From Thermodesulfovibrionia bacterium (GTDB taxonomy: Bacteria > Nitrospirota > Thermodesulfovibrionia > UBA6902): 64,000 nucleotides of DNA. The notes below the pieces were generated by a model that saw only the letters and a list, made by a program, of their open reading frames with translations, did no database searches and was not told where the DNA came from. This document shows, one piece after another, positions 50,241-58,754 of the stretch (position 1 is its first letter; each line of letters begins with the position of its first letter). Both the position numbers and the translations under genes were made by a program. The stretch covers positions 72,811-136,810 of the forward strand of contig CAVOUK010000002.1 of assembly GCA_963699585.1 (NCBI GenBank), in the 5' to 3' direction.

Positions 50241-50847
50241 CTATTTTTTATGACTCCCCTCTTTCAACGCAATTCCGGGTAAGATCATAGGCACTTCTTT
50301 TTGATATTCCCTGTATATATCACCTAATTCTCTCAGGAGACGCCTGTCCTCCCTGAATGTGCCGATGATCACGTAAATGGCAAGGATAAGAGATCCGAGA
50401 AATTGTGGCAATGGAGCGTGTGTCATTGATGCCGTAAAATAAACAAAAGCTCCGAGATACATTGGATGACGCACTATGCCGTAAAACCCGTGCTTGTGAA
50501 TCACTTGTCCCTTTTCTTTCTTTTGAGTTTGCCTGGTCCCGAAAAACTCCCATATATCAAAAGAGACAAACGATCCTGCTATTACTATTACGCTGAAAAC
50601 CATTGCGGTATATTTGAATATCATGAGATAGGGGGAGAGAGGGATAACAATCGGACCTGGTATTGTGCGCTGCCAGTAGAAAAGGGGCAGGAATGTTATG
50701 AGAGAGAACAGATTATAGGATATCCGGTAATAAGCGGATTTTCCCCCTAAGTGATTTTTAAACCATGTAGTTGTTCTGGTTGTTATGAGGTAACTGTGCA
50801 AAAAGCACCAGAGTGATCCAGAGAGTGCACAAGAGGAAATATTTCAT
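50241..50847 (-). CDS. Isoprenylcysteine carboxyl methyltransferase (ICMT/PEMT)-family membrane methyltransferase; one frame break at the A5 run 50800-50804
   Basis: HGFYGIVRHPMYLGAFVYFTA signature; the upstream frame MKYFLLCTLWITLVLF.. joins ..HSYLITTRTTTWFKNHLGG; span 607 nt (3n+1). Confidence 0.75.
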
Positions 50848-50882
50848 TAATGCGTACATCCGGCCTCGGGCAACGCGTTGTT

Positions 50883-51492
50883 TTACATCCCGGGAAAACC
50901 GGGACCGCCCATGCCGGGCATGCTCATCTTTTTATATCCAGCGGGTATTTCAAACATGGAGTCGGGCACATCGCCCAATTTAATATTCTTCCATGTAACG
51001 GTGGTTTTTCTGTCTTCGTCCTGCCATTTTACAGGGAAATTATTGAGGTCTGCAGCTTCCCACATAAGACCGGAGCTTTCTTTTTTCCCTTTTCTGGTCA
51101 TTATTACATGATATTTTTTTGAGGGATGGCCGTCGACAGTTTCATCGGCAAGGAATTTTTTCTCGGTCTTGACATCCGGATCGTTAAGTTTGGATGTTAT
51201 GTCCTCCTTCTGTGAATTTAGAGGCATTTCCATGTACATCTTTTCATCGGGCATAAGCATCCACATCACCTTCTTGTCGGCCCTGATAATGTTTATGACC
51301 TTCTGTCCTTGCTCGCTGGCCTCCATCCTCTGTTTTGTTCCCTTCACGTACATGCGGGATTTACTGGGTCATACCGGAAGATTCTGACACGATATCCGCT
51401 GAATATACACTGAAGTCTGCCGCCATGACACCGGCTGCCGAGAAGATAACAAGCAGAACGGCGTAAAGAGATCCTGAAAATTGTTTTAACAT
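50883..51492 (-). CDS. Secreted DUF4412/LolA-like protein; one frame break at the GGG run 51366-51368
   Basis: AAGGAGG RBS and signal peptide MLKQFSGSLYAVLLVIFSAAGVMA in the upstream frame, joining ..SKSRMYVKGTKQRMEASEQGQKVINIIRADKKVMWMLMPDEKMYMEMP; span 610 nt (3n+1). Confidence 0.6.
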
Positions 51493-51643
51493 AATATTTC
51501 CTCCTTTTTAAATTCAGTTGCTTTTAACTGGATTATATTAACAATTTATTTTGTCAAAAGAAACTCCCGATTTCCCCGGCACACAGGGGGATGAAGTGCG
51601 AAAGCATGAAAGTGGGGAAACGCATATATAAGCGACGCAGTTG

Positions 51644-52253
51644 TTATGCTGTTTTTCGTAAAAGGCACCGAACGGCATTACCCAATCGACCTATTCCAAT
51701 GTCTATGGTTTCTTCATCAACACACGAAAAATTCAGTCGAAATGTCCTTGTCCCTGTTTTATTAATATAGAACGGGTCACCCGGCACAAATATTACCTTG
51801 TCTTTTATTGCCAGATCAAACAGGTCAAGCGATGTTGCGTTCACCGGTAATTCAGCCCATAGAAACATCCCGCCCTCAGGTCTGGTATAACTTACGCCTG
51901 GCGGAAAATGTTTTTTTATGCTGCTCAACATTGCCTGGCATTGTCTCCCATATACTTCCCTGACCGTATTTATGTGTTTCTCAATATCATTGTCCTTTAA
52001 ATACTGATAAATAATGCTCTGAGTGAAATGACTTGTTTAGATGGCCTTCTGAATTGCTATATTGGAAAATGTCGCGTCCATGTGTATGAAATACCTTATT
52101 TGTCGCCTTCTCAAGCTCCTCTGCAGGAAAATATTCTCTGTTCGGCAGCCCGCCTGCAAAAGAGATTATTGATTCGTCTGCAGCAACCTTCAATATCTCT
52201 CTGATAAATGATCTCGGCACATCACTGATCCTGTCTGAAAAAATATTGCCCAT
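51644..52253 (-). pseudogene. Remnant of a class I/II PLP-dependent aminotransferase (LysN/MocR-type) lacking the central ~190 codons
   Basis: The N-terminal ~72 aa (..RSFIREILKVAADESIISFAGGLPNREYFP..QYSNSEGHL) abut the C-terminal ~125 aa (FTQSIIYQYLKDNDIEKHINTVREVYGRQCQAMLSSIKKHFPPGVSYTRPEGGMFLWAEL..). The PLP-lysine region is absent and there is also a frame shift. Confidence 0.75.
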
Positions 52254-52308
52254 TTTTACACCTCTCTTAGCTATAATTTATCATTTAAATATACTTTTAT
52301 CTCTCGCA

Positions 52309-53205
52309 TCATTTGCCCCCATCATCAGCCTTCTGCCCCAAAATTACCAGCGCCACGCTGGTCAATATGATAAGCATCGCAGTTATCCCTATCCATGTAA
52401 TCCGCTCTCCGGCAAACAATACGCCCAATATGACCGCGAGAACAGGATTAACGTAAGCGTAGCTTGTAGCAAGCGCGGGACGCACCTTGCCCAGCAGATA
52501 ATTATAAGCGCTGAACCCGATCAATGACCCGAATACGGCAAGATACAGAATCGCGCCGACGGATTCCCACGTGGGGGTGCCGCCTATATTTTCACCCGCA
52601 AGCAGGCTCACGATCAATAACAGCGCCCCGCCGTTAATCATTAATACCGCGCCTGACATCAGGCCTACGGGAAGCGACAGCTGCCGGCTCCATGCAGAAC
52701 CGAACGACCATGATATGGCGGAAAGCAATAATATAGCCACCCCAATGGGATTGGCCCTCATATTGTTTTCATAATTTAAGACCGCAATCCCGGCAAGGCC
52801 TACAGCCAGTCCTATCACTTCAAGGCGCGTAGGACGGCGTTTCCATATCCCTGCAAACATTACTGTCCAGAGCGGCGTTGTAGCAATAATCAGCGACGCA
52901 ATCCCTGACTCGATCCACTGTTCTGCGACCGCTACGCCTCCGCCCCCTCCTAAAAACATTAATCCACCGATGAGGAGGGAGTTGAACCATTGTCTGCGGT
53001 CCGGCATGACAGCGCCGCGCACCCTTAAAAACAAAAAGAGTCCTATACCCACCGAAAGAAAACGTATACCCATCATAAAGAACGGCGGGAAATCTTTCAG
53101 CGCAATGCGTATCGCCAGATATGTCGAACCCCATGAGATGTAGACGGCAAGGAGGGCGATTATTACCCTTGCCTGAACATCTCCTTTAATTGCTTTTGTC
53201 ACCAT
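52309..53205 (-). CDS. EamA-family (DMT superfamily) transporter
   Basis: 298 aa, ~10 TM segments, two EamA-like halves. Confidence 0.8.
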   Translation of the reverse strand: MVTKAIKGDVQARVIIALLAVYISWGSTYLAIRIALKDFPPFFMMGIRFLSVGIGLFLFLRVRGAVMPDRRQWFNSLLIGGLMFLGGGGGVAVAEQWIESGIASLIIATTPLWTVMFAGIWKRRPTRLEVIGLAVGLAGIAVLNYENNMRANPIGVAILLLSAISWSFGSAWSRQLSLPVGLMSGAVLMINGGALLLIVSLLAGENIGGTPTWESVGAILYLAVFGSLIGFSAYNYLLGKVRPALATSYAYVNPVLAVILGVLFAGERITWIGITAMLIILTSVALVILGQKADDGGK

Positions 53206-53302
53206 ATTCGATCACTCAAGTTAAAATATTTATCATTGTGCGTCAAGGGCGGGGCTTTGACAGTATCGTATTTGTCTGCATCCCATCTCATGAAGCACCT
53301 CC

Positions 53303-53340
53303 CAAAATAAAAAAGGCCACGGATCTTCTTCCGTGGCCTT
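53303..53340 (-). terminator. Rho-independent terminator of the arsR-sORF-AhpD-like operon
   Basis: GGCCACGGA-tcttct-TCCGTGGCC (53315-53338), followed on the minus strand by a U-rich run (A-run 53305-53314 on the plus strand). Confidence 0.75.
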
Positions 53341-53539
53341 TGAAGTTTCCCTGTTATCCGGCTAACAGCTAATAGAACACCTCCCCGGCCACGGCATTAA
53401 TATGCCATGCGGCTTTAAGGACCCTCTTAGCTATTAACGGATTTGAATAAAACATGTTTCAGTATAGAAAAAAATATTCCCCATGTCAAGAATATTTTCA
53501 GTAAACATTCATTCTATCTGCCTATTTTTCTGTTTAGCA

Positions 53540-53788
53540 TTACGTGCAAGCAGGGCAGCATTTTTCTTCCTTTACATCGCCAAAGAGATTTCCTGCGATC
53601 TGTTTTGTTTTTTTATAAGCGCCCATCTTTACACTTTCCGCTACCTGAATTGCAGCCTGCATTTCTTCTTTGGTCAACCCGGCTTCGATCGCTCTTTTCT
53701 TATGGTATTCCATACAAGGCCGGCAATTTACAGCATAGGCTGCGCCCAATGCTATCATCTCCTCGATTTTCCTGTTCATGGTATGCAT
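53540..53788 (-). CDS. Carboxymuconolactone decarboxylase (AhpD-like) family protein with CxxC
   Basis: ..IALGAAYAVNCRPCMEYHKKRAIEAGLTKEEMQAAIQVAE.. typical CMD/AhpD core. Confidence 0.8.
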   Translation of the reverse strand: MHTMNRKIEEMIALGAAYAVNCRPCMEYHKKRAIEAGLTKEEMQAAIQVAESVKMGAYKKTKQIAGNLFGDVKEEKCCPACT

Positions 53789-53885
53789 CCACCTCCTTTC
53801 TAAACTGTATCTGTTAATAGCTCGTTTGGAGAACAGAGAGAAACAGATGTAATGACCACCTGTTTCTCTCTTTGTTCATACCGGA

Positions 53886-54041
53886 TCAGCAGCAGCCTTT
53901 GTCGTCAGTCTTCTTCTGTTTATCGCAAAAAGACTTTAGCATCTGCATGCAGTTGCCATCTTTAATGTTCGCACCGGTGATCTCAATGCGATAGCCATTC
54001 TCGATCTCGGTAGTCTTGATCTGGCAGCAGTCCTTTTCCAT
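53886..54041 (-). CDS. 51-aa cysteine-rich small protein (not in the ORF track)
   Basis: My translation: MEKDCCQIKTTEIENGYRIEITGANIKDGNCMQMLKSFCDKQKKTDDKGCC. Strong RBS GAAAGGAGGTGAGGAC just upstream of the ATG; sits between arsR and the AhpD-like gene on the same strand. Confidence 0.6.
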   Translation of the reverse strand: MEKDCCQIKTTEIENGYRIEITGANIKDGNCMQMLKSFCDKQKKTDDKGCC

Positions 54042-54108
54042 ATGTCCTCACCTCCTTTCATTATATTACTGTTCTACAACAATAGAACAGTAATGGCAAA
54101 AAAAAGAT

Positions 54109-54480
54109 CTACTTAAGAAAATTATTTATGGAATCGAGCACCTCCTCATTTACTCTGCAACGGAAGGTCTGACCTTCACGCTCACATACAATAAGTCCGG
54201 CATTCTGCAGTTCTTTGAAATGATGAGATATTGTGGAGCGTGAAAGCTTCATGCAATCACATATCCTGGTAAAGGCCTTTTCCACGCCTCCAAGTCCGCA
54301 GCAGGATTCCCCTTTTAAGCGAAATTCCGATCCGACCTTAGACCCTTCGGGCGCGCAGCAGTTCTTATAGATCATTATAAATATCTTCAACCGCTGCTCA
54401 TTTGAAAGTGCTTTGAAGATTTTTGTATAGTTCGACAGTTTCATGATAATAGAATAATATAATTTAAATTCCATTGTCAA
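54109..54480 (-). CDS. ArsR/SmtB-family metalloregulator with a CxC alpha3 motif and a Cys-pair-containing insertion
   Basis: ..SNEQRLKIFIMIY..RICDCMKLSRSTISHHFKELQNAGLIV..; insertion NCCAPEGSKVGSEFRLKGESCCGLGG. The true start is probably ATG 54444 (MKLSNY..); a TTGACA box (54475-54480) and the palindrome AATTTAAATT (54461-54470) lie in the upstream part of the track ORF. Confidence 0.8.
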   Translation of the reverse strand: MTMEFKLYYSIIMKLSNYTKIFKALSNEQRLKIFIMIYKNCCAPEGSKVGSEFRLKGESCCGLGGVEKAFTRICDCMKLSRSTISHHFKELQNAGLIVCEREGQTFRCRVNEEVLDSINNFLK

Positions 54481-54647
54481 GTATTTTTTGTATTATTTTG
54501 ATACTTTCTTTTTAAGCTCATAATTGGACATTTCCACTTTTCTCTCCTTTTGAGCAGAAATGGGTCAATCGCTCCCCTGCCTCGCTGAAATCTCCCGGAC
54601 ACAGTCGATATCATAATCTCAACGCAGCGCGTCATAAAGGGAACTAA

Positions 54648-54706
54648 GCGATCTTCCCCGCTTCCGGGCGCTTGCCAGCTTGCACGCTTCCCCGCTTCCG
54701 AGCTAC
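54648..54706 (+). repeat. Phased-octamer tract immediately upstream of the spmA/B-like gene
   Basis: CTT at 54653, 54661, 54671, 54679, 54687 and 54695 (8-nt steps with one 10-nt step). Confidence 0.8.
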
Positions 54707-54714
54707 TATATTGC

Positions 54715-55947
54715 ATGGTCCTCAACTACATCTGGATCGGTTTTTTTGTGATCGCCTTTATTGTCGGGATGGCAAAGCTGCTCATGTTCGGCGACATGGA
54801 CGTATTCCCGCAGATGATGAACGCCACATTCGAGTATGCCAGATCAGGATTTGAGATCTCTCTGGGATTGACAGGCGTCCTGACCCTCTGGATGGGTTTG
54901 ATGAAGATAGGAGAAGAAGGCGGGGTCGTCAGGATCTTTTCCAGGGCCATCTGGCCGTTCTTTCACCGTCTATTCCCTGAGCTTGAAAAAGACCATCCTG
55001 CCGTAGGCTCCATCATCATGAACATCTCCGCCAACATGCTGGGACTTGATAACGCTGCCACGCCTCTCGGTTTAAGGGCGATGAAGGAGATGCAGGCCAC
55101 AAACAAACACAGGGACAGGGCATCGGACCCCATGATAATGTTTACCGTGCTGAACACCTCCGGACTCACACTTATCCCCGTTACTATTATGGTGTACCGG
55201 TTCCAGCTCGGGGCCGCGGACCCCTCGGATATTTTTATTCCCATATTACTGGCGACCTCATTTTCAACAATGGCAGGCCTCATCAGCGTGGCCCTGTATC
55301 AGAGGATCAATCTACTGGACAGGGTGGTCCTGGTATATCTCGGAGGTTTCACATTACTTGTCGGCGCATCGATGTTCCTTCTTTCCAGGATGAGCAGGGA
55401 AGAGATAGCGGCTGTTTCCTCAGTTGCGGCCAACCTGCTGCTTTTCTCCATCATCGTCGGTTTTATACTGCTCGCTTCATTCAGGCGGGTCAACGTTTAC
55501 GAATCATTTATCGAAGGGGCAAAAGACGGCTTTCATATTGCTGTCAGAATCATCCCCTATCTGATCGCCATCCTGGTTGCCGTGGGCGTTTTCAGGACAT
55601 CGGGGGCAATGGACATGTTCACAGATCTAGTCCGTAATATTCTGGTATCGCTCAACATAAATGCCGACTTTACGGCCGCCCTGCCGACTGCGTTCATGAA
55701 ACCCCTCAGCGGAAGCGGCGCCAGGGGAATGATGGTGGATGCAATGAAAACATACGGAGCCGACTCCTTCGCCGGAAGGGTCGCGTCAATAATGCAGGGT
55801 TCCTCCGATACCACGTTTTACATCATCGCCGTTTATTTCGGTTCTGTCGGGATAAAAAATACTCGCTACGCAGTCATATGCGGACTTATCGCTGATCTTG
55901 CAGGCATACTGGCATCTATATTCATCGCCTATCTGTTCTTTCATTGA
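54715..55947 (+). CDS. Nucleoside-recognition (GATE) domain membrane protein, fused SpmA/SpmB-like
   Basis: 410 aa; MVLNYIWIGFFVIAFIVGMAKLL.. SpmA-like N-terminus and SpmB-like second half. Confidence 0.7.
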   Translation: MVLNYIWIGFFVIAFIVGMAKLLMFGDMDVFPQMMNATFEYARSGFEISLGLTGVLTLWMGLMKIGEEGGVVRIFSRAIWPFFHRLFPELEKDHPAVGSIIMNISANMLGLDNAATPLGLRAMKEMQATNKHRDRASDPMIMFTVLNTSGLTLIPVTIMVYRFQLGAADPSDIFIPILLATSFSTMAGLISVALYQRINLLDRVVLVYLGGFTLLVGASMFLLSRMSREEIAAVSSVAANLLLFSIIVGFILLASFRRVNVYESFIEGAKDGFHIAVRIIPYLIAILVAVGVFRTSGAMDMFTDLVRNILVSLNINADFTAALPTAFMKPLSGSGARGMMVDAMKTYGADSFAGRVASIMQGSSDTTFYIIAVYFGSVGIKNTRYAVICGLIADLAGILASIFIAYLFFH

Positions 55948-55961
55948 TCATTGCATATTAC

Positions 55962-56036
55962 TAACTTCCGATCTTCCCTGCTTCAGATCTTACGATCTTA
56001 TGCACTTCCGCGCTTCCAGGCTTGCGAGCTTCTTCG
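55962..56036 (+). repeat. Phased-octamer tract, 9-10 units, directly after the spmA/B-like stop
   Basis: AACTTCCG ATCTTCCC TGCTTCAG ATCTTACG ATCTTATG CACTTCCG CGCTTCCA GGCTTGCG AGCTTCTT; CTT at 55965 + 8n for n = 0..8. Confidence 0.9.
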
Positions 56037-56203
56037 TCATGGTTTGGGATATTTAGTGGTGAGGAAGTTTAATGCAAGAATCAAGATGACCCTATTGCCC
56101 TTAACTTGTTGCAGAGGAATTCCTGGGTGATCGTATATGCGAAAAACCGAGACTCTTGACACCTTTTCGAGACTATGGTAAAAAGTAAACAGGAGTAATT
56201 GAA

Positions 56204-56615
56204 ATGAGAACGCTCAGGCTATCATTGGGTGTGGCAGTAGTAATGATGATCCTTTTTACCGGAGTCGTGGCATCCGCCCGGGGTGGCGGTCATCGCGGCG
56301 GCCATGGCGGTTCACACTTTGGCATTGTAATTGGCGGTCCGTATTGGGATGCGTCCTGGTATTTTCCATATTACTATCCATTTACAATCCATTTTATATC
56401 CATATTATTATCCATATGCACCGGCGGCTACTGCGCCGTCAGTTACTGAAGAATATATCGAGCGGCCCCGGAACGAGCAGTCAGACGAATCATCCGAGCC
56501 GTCGGGTGTCTGGTATTACTGCCCCAAGTCAAGGGCCTATTATCCTTACGTAAAAGAATGTCCGGGGGGCTGGCAGAAGGTGCCGGCTCAACCACCCTCG
56601 GAACCAGAGAGGTGA
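56204..56615 (+). CDS. Small secreted Gly/His- and Tyr/Pro-rich protein with a C-terminal WYYC..YYPYV..CPGGW motif; frame break(s) in the YYP-repeat region ~56370-56400
   Basis: Signal peptide MRTLRLSLGVAVVMMILFTGVVASA, GGGHRGGHGGSH. The second frame gives ..YYPYYYPYAPAATAP..SGVWYYCPKSRAYYPYVKECPGGWQKVPAQPP; span 412 nt (3n+1). Confidence 0.55.
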
Positions 56616-56619
56616 TGTT

Positions 56620-57165
56620 ATGCGTAGATTACTGATGTTCATAACTCTCGCCGTGGCCGTATCGCTCGTATCGTGTGCGACGATGCCAACCGGACCCAGT
56701 GTTATGGTCCTGCCCGGCGATAACAAGAATTTCGAAGAGTTCCGAAACGATGATGCGGTATGCCGCCAGTATGCCTTAGGGCAGATAGGCGGAGTTTCGG
56801 GTCAGCAGGCCGCACAGAATTCTGCAGTGACCAGCGCTGTGGTAGGCACAGCCGTGGGCGCTGTGGCAGGTGCGGCTATCGGCAGCGCCTCGGGCAATAT
56901 GGGCTCCGGTGCGGCGATAGGGGGTGGGACCGGACTACTTTTCGGCAGCGCCGCAGGCAGCAATTATGCCTCGGGCTCTTACTATGATACCCAGCGGCGT
57001 TACGACAGTGCCTATATGCAGTGCATGTACGCGAAGGGTAACCAGATCCCCGGCTACCGGCGGACTACTACCCGCACGTCTGTCTCAGCGCCGGCCCGAA
57101 AGCCGTACTATCCTCCGCCACCGGCCGACTATCCGCCTCCGCCACAAACTGACGGAGACGACTAA
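56620..57165 (+). CDS. Glycine-zipper lipoprotein
   Basis: Lipobox ..AVSLVSC; AVVGTAVGAVAGAAIGSASGNMGSGAAIGGGTGLLFGSAAG; C-terminal ..YMQCMYAKGNQIP and a Pro-rich tail. Confidence 0.75.
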   Translation: MRRLLMFITLAVAVSLVSCATMPTGPSVMVLPGDNKNFEEFRNDDAVCRQYALGQIGGVSGQQAAQNSAVTSAVVGTAVGAVAGAAIGSASGNMGSGAAIGGGTGLLFGSAAGSNYASGSYYDTQRRYDSAYMQCMYAKGNQIPGYRRTTTRTSVSAPARKPYYPPPPADYPPPPQTDGDD

Positions 57166-57192
57166 TAACTGCGAAGCCAATAAGGGCCTCAA

Positions 57193-57238
57193 CCACTTCC
57201 ACGCCGGCAAGCTTGCAGGCTTTCAAGCTTGCCAGCGC
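57193..57238 (+). repeat. Phased-octamer tract between the glycine-zipper gene and GH43
   Basis: CTT at 57196, 57212, 57220 and 57228; overlaps the putative GH43 start. Confidence 0.7.
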
Positions 57239-58196
57239 AGTTCTGCTGCCCCTGCTGTTCTCAGCCTCACTGCGCGCAGGATCTGTCACAACCTATTCCA
57301 ACCCTGTCCTCATTGAGACGTACGCGATCAAAAGACCAAATCCCGCTCCCTATTTCGGCACACTCGGCATAGGCGATCCGGCAGTCATTCATCACCTGGG
57401 CAAATACTATCTGTACCCGACCGGTGACAACCACAGCTACGATGTTTATATATCAAACGACCTGGTCCGCTGGACCAAGGGGCCGAAGGTCTTTAAAAGC
57501 AGCGAACGCGGCGTCTGGGCCCCTGATGTCTTCTTTAGTAAAGATGACGGAATGTTTTACCTCTACTACACGGTCAACGGCAGGATCGGCGTTGCCGGGT
57601 CGGACCGTCCGGACGGGGTGTTCAGCGACCGCGGGGCACTGATCAGCAATGCAATAGATGCACATCTGTTTCAGGATGACGACGGTTCATACTTTCTCTA
57701 CTACGCCCGGTACCCCGAGTTCGCGATATTTGTGCAGCCCATGGCATCGCCTGTACAGAAGAAAGGCGCGCCTGTTCATCTTATCTCTCCAACAGAAGAA
57801 TGGGAAATGAAAGACATGCCGGTGACCGAGGCACCGTGGATGATCAGGCATCAGGGCGTCTATTACCTCCTCTACTCCGGGGGCAGTGCGGATTCTGAAC
57901 ATTACGCTATCGGGTACGCAACAGCACCGCATCCCCTCGGACCCTTTACCAAATACCGTGACAATCCGATCATCCGCAAGGGAGACGGCATCTTCGGGCC
58001 CGGACATGCAAGTGTCATCAGTGACCAGGCAGGGAAGTTATGGATGGTCTATCACCAGCAGAAGGACAGAACAAGGGGATGGAACAGGATTATCTGCATC
58101 GACCCTCTCTGGTTCGACGCGGAGGGGGTCCTCCACGGAAAGGCCTCCCGGTCAATCCCCCTGCCCGCGCCTGTGACAGGCAGGTTGAATTATTAG
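57213..58196 (+). CDS. Glycoside hydrolase family 43 (beta-xylosidase/arabinofuranosidase-like), secreted
   Basis: GDPAVIHHLGKYYLYPT, VWAPDVFF..GMFYLYYT, DAHLFQDDDGSYFLYY, TEAPWMIRHQGVYYLLYSGG five-bladed-propeller motifs; the start codon (TTG 57213) is uncertain. Confidence 0.85.
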   Translation: MQAFKLASAVLLPLLFSASLRAGSVTTYSNPVLIETYAIKRPNPAPYFGTLGIGDPAVIHHLGKYYLYPTGDNHSYDVYISNDLVRWTKGPKVFKSSERGVWAPDVFFSKDDGMFYLYYTVNGRIGVAGSDRPDGVFSDRGALISNAIDAHLFQDDDGSYFLYYARYPEFAIFVQPMASPVQKKGAPVHLISPTEEWEMKDMPVTEAPWMIRHQGVYYLLYSGGSADSEHYAIGYATAPHPLGPFTKYRDNPIIRKGDGIFGPGHASVISDQAGKLWMVYHQQKDRTRGWNRIICIDPLWFDAEGVLHGKASRSIPLPAPVTGRLNY

Positions 58197-58217
58197 CTCT
58201 TAAGAGCGCAAGAACAT

Positions 58218-58290
58218 AAGCTCATTAGCTCGTAAGTTTCGCTCTTCCCACTGGAAGCTTTCCAGCTTACATGCTTGCAGGCTTCTTCGA
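58218..58290 (+). repeat. Phased-octamer tract directly after the GH43 stop
   Basis: ..AGCTTTCC AGCTTACA TGCTTGCA GGCTTCTT..; CTT at 58258, 58266, 58274 and 58282; the upstream part is less regular. Confidence 0.75.
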
Positions 58291-58572
58291 CTGTTCTTCT
58301 TTGCAGTTTATCAATCCCATGCCAAGCAGCAACAGTATTAATCCCCATACAAATGCCAGAATAGCTCTAGCATCACCCTCTGGATTTATTCCAGTTATAT
58401 CAAAATGTACTGAGTACTCATAAATAAAAAATGATATCCCCACAATAATAAAAATAATTCCTAATGTTTTATTTTGACGAAGTGGTTTGTTCTTTATATA
58501 TCTGATGCTCGCGTAACATGCAAAAACAACTAATAATAACTTCAGTATCGAAAGTAATATGAACGGCATCAT
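58267..58572 (-). CDS. Small hypothetical membrane protein (101 aa, ~3 TM)
   Basis: AT-rich ORF; hydrophobic segments; its last ~8 codons are encoded by the octamer tract. Confidence 0.5.
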   Translation of the reverse strand: MMPFILLSILKLLLVVFACYASIRYIKNKPLRQNKTLGIIFIIVGISFFIYEYSVHFDITGINPEGDARAILAFVWGLILLLLGMGLINCKEEQSKKPASM

Positions 58573-58710
58573 TCACGATACGCCTACGCCATGCCCAAAA
58601 CCCCATAGCGTCATAAAACCAGAAGATATAACAATCCAAAAGAGCATTAATATTGAAGGTATGATCATCAATACGCCTAATGTCCTTGATTTTAGTGAGA
58701 TGTTAAGCAT
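58573..58710 (-). CDS. Candidate 45-aa membrane sORF coupled to the 101-aa membrane protein
   Basis: My translation: MLNISLKSRTLGVLMIIPSILMLFWIVISSGFMTLWGFGHGVGVS; its stop TGA abuts the next ATG (TGAATG). Confidence 0.35.
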   Translation of the reverse strand: MLNISLKSRTLGVLMIIPSILMLFWIVISSGFMTLWGFGHGVGVS

Positions 58711-58754
58711 AAGTATATGGTTTATCTCTTAATAGTTACTTTACTTATAACAGA

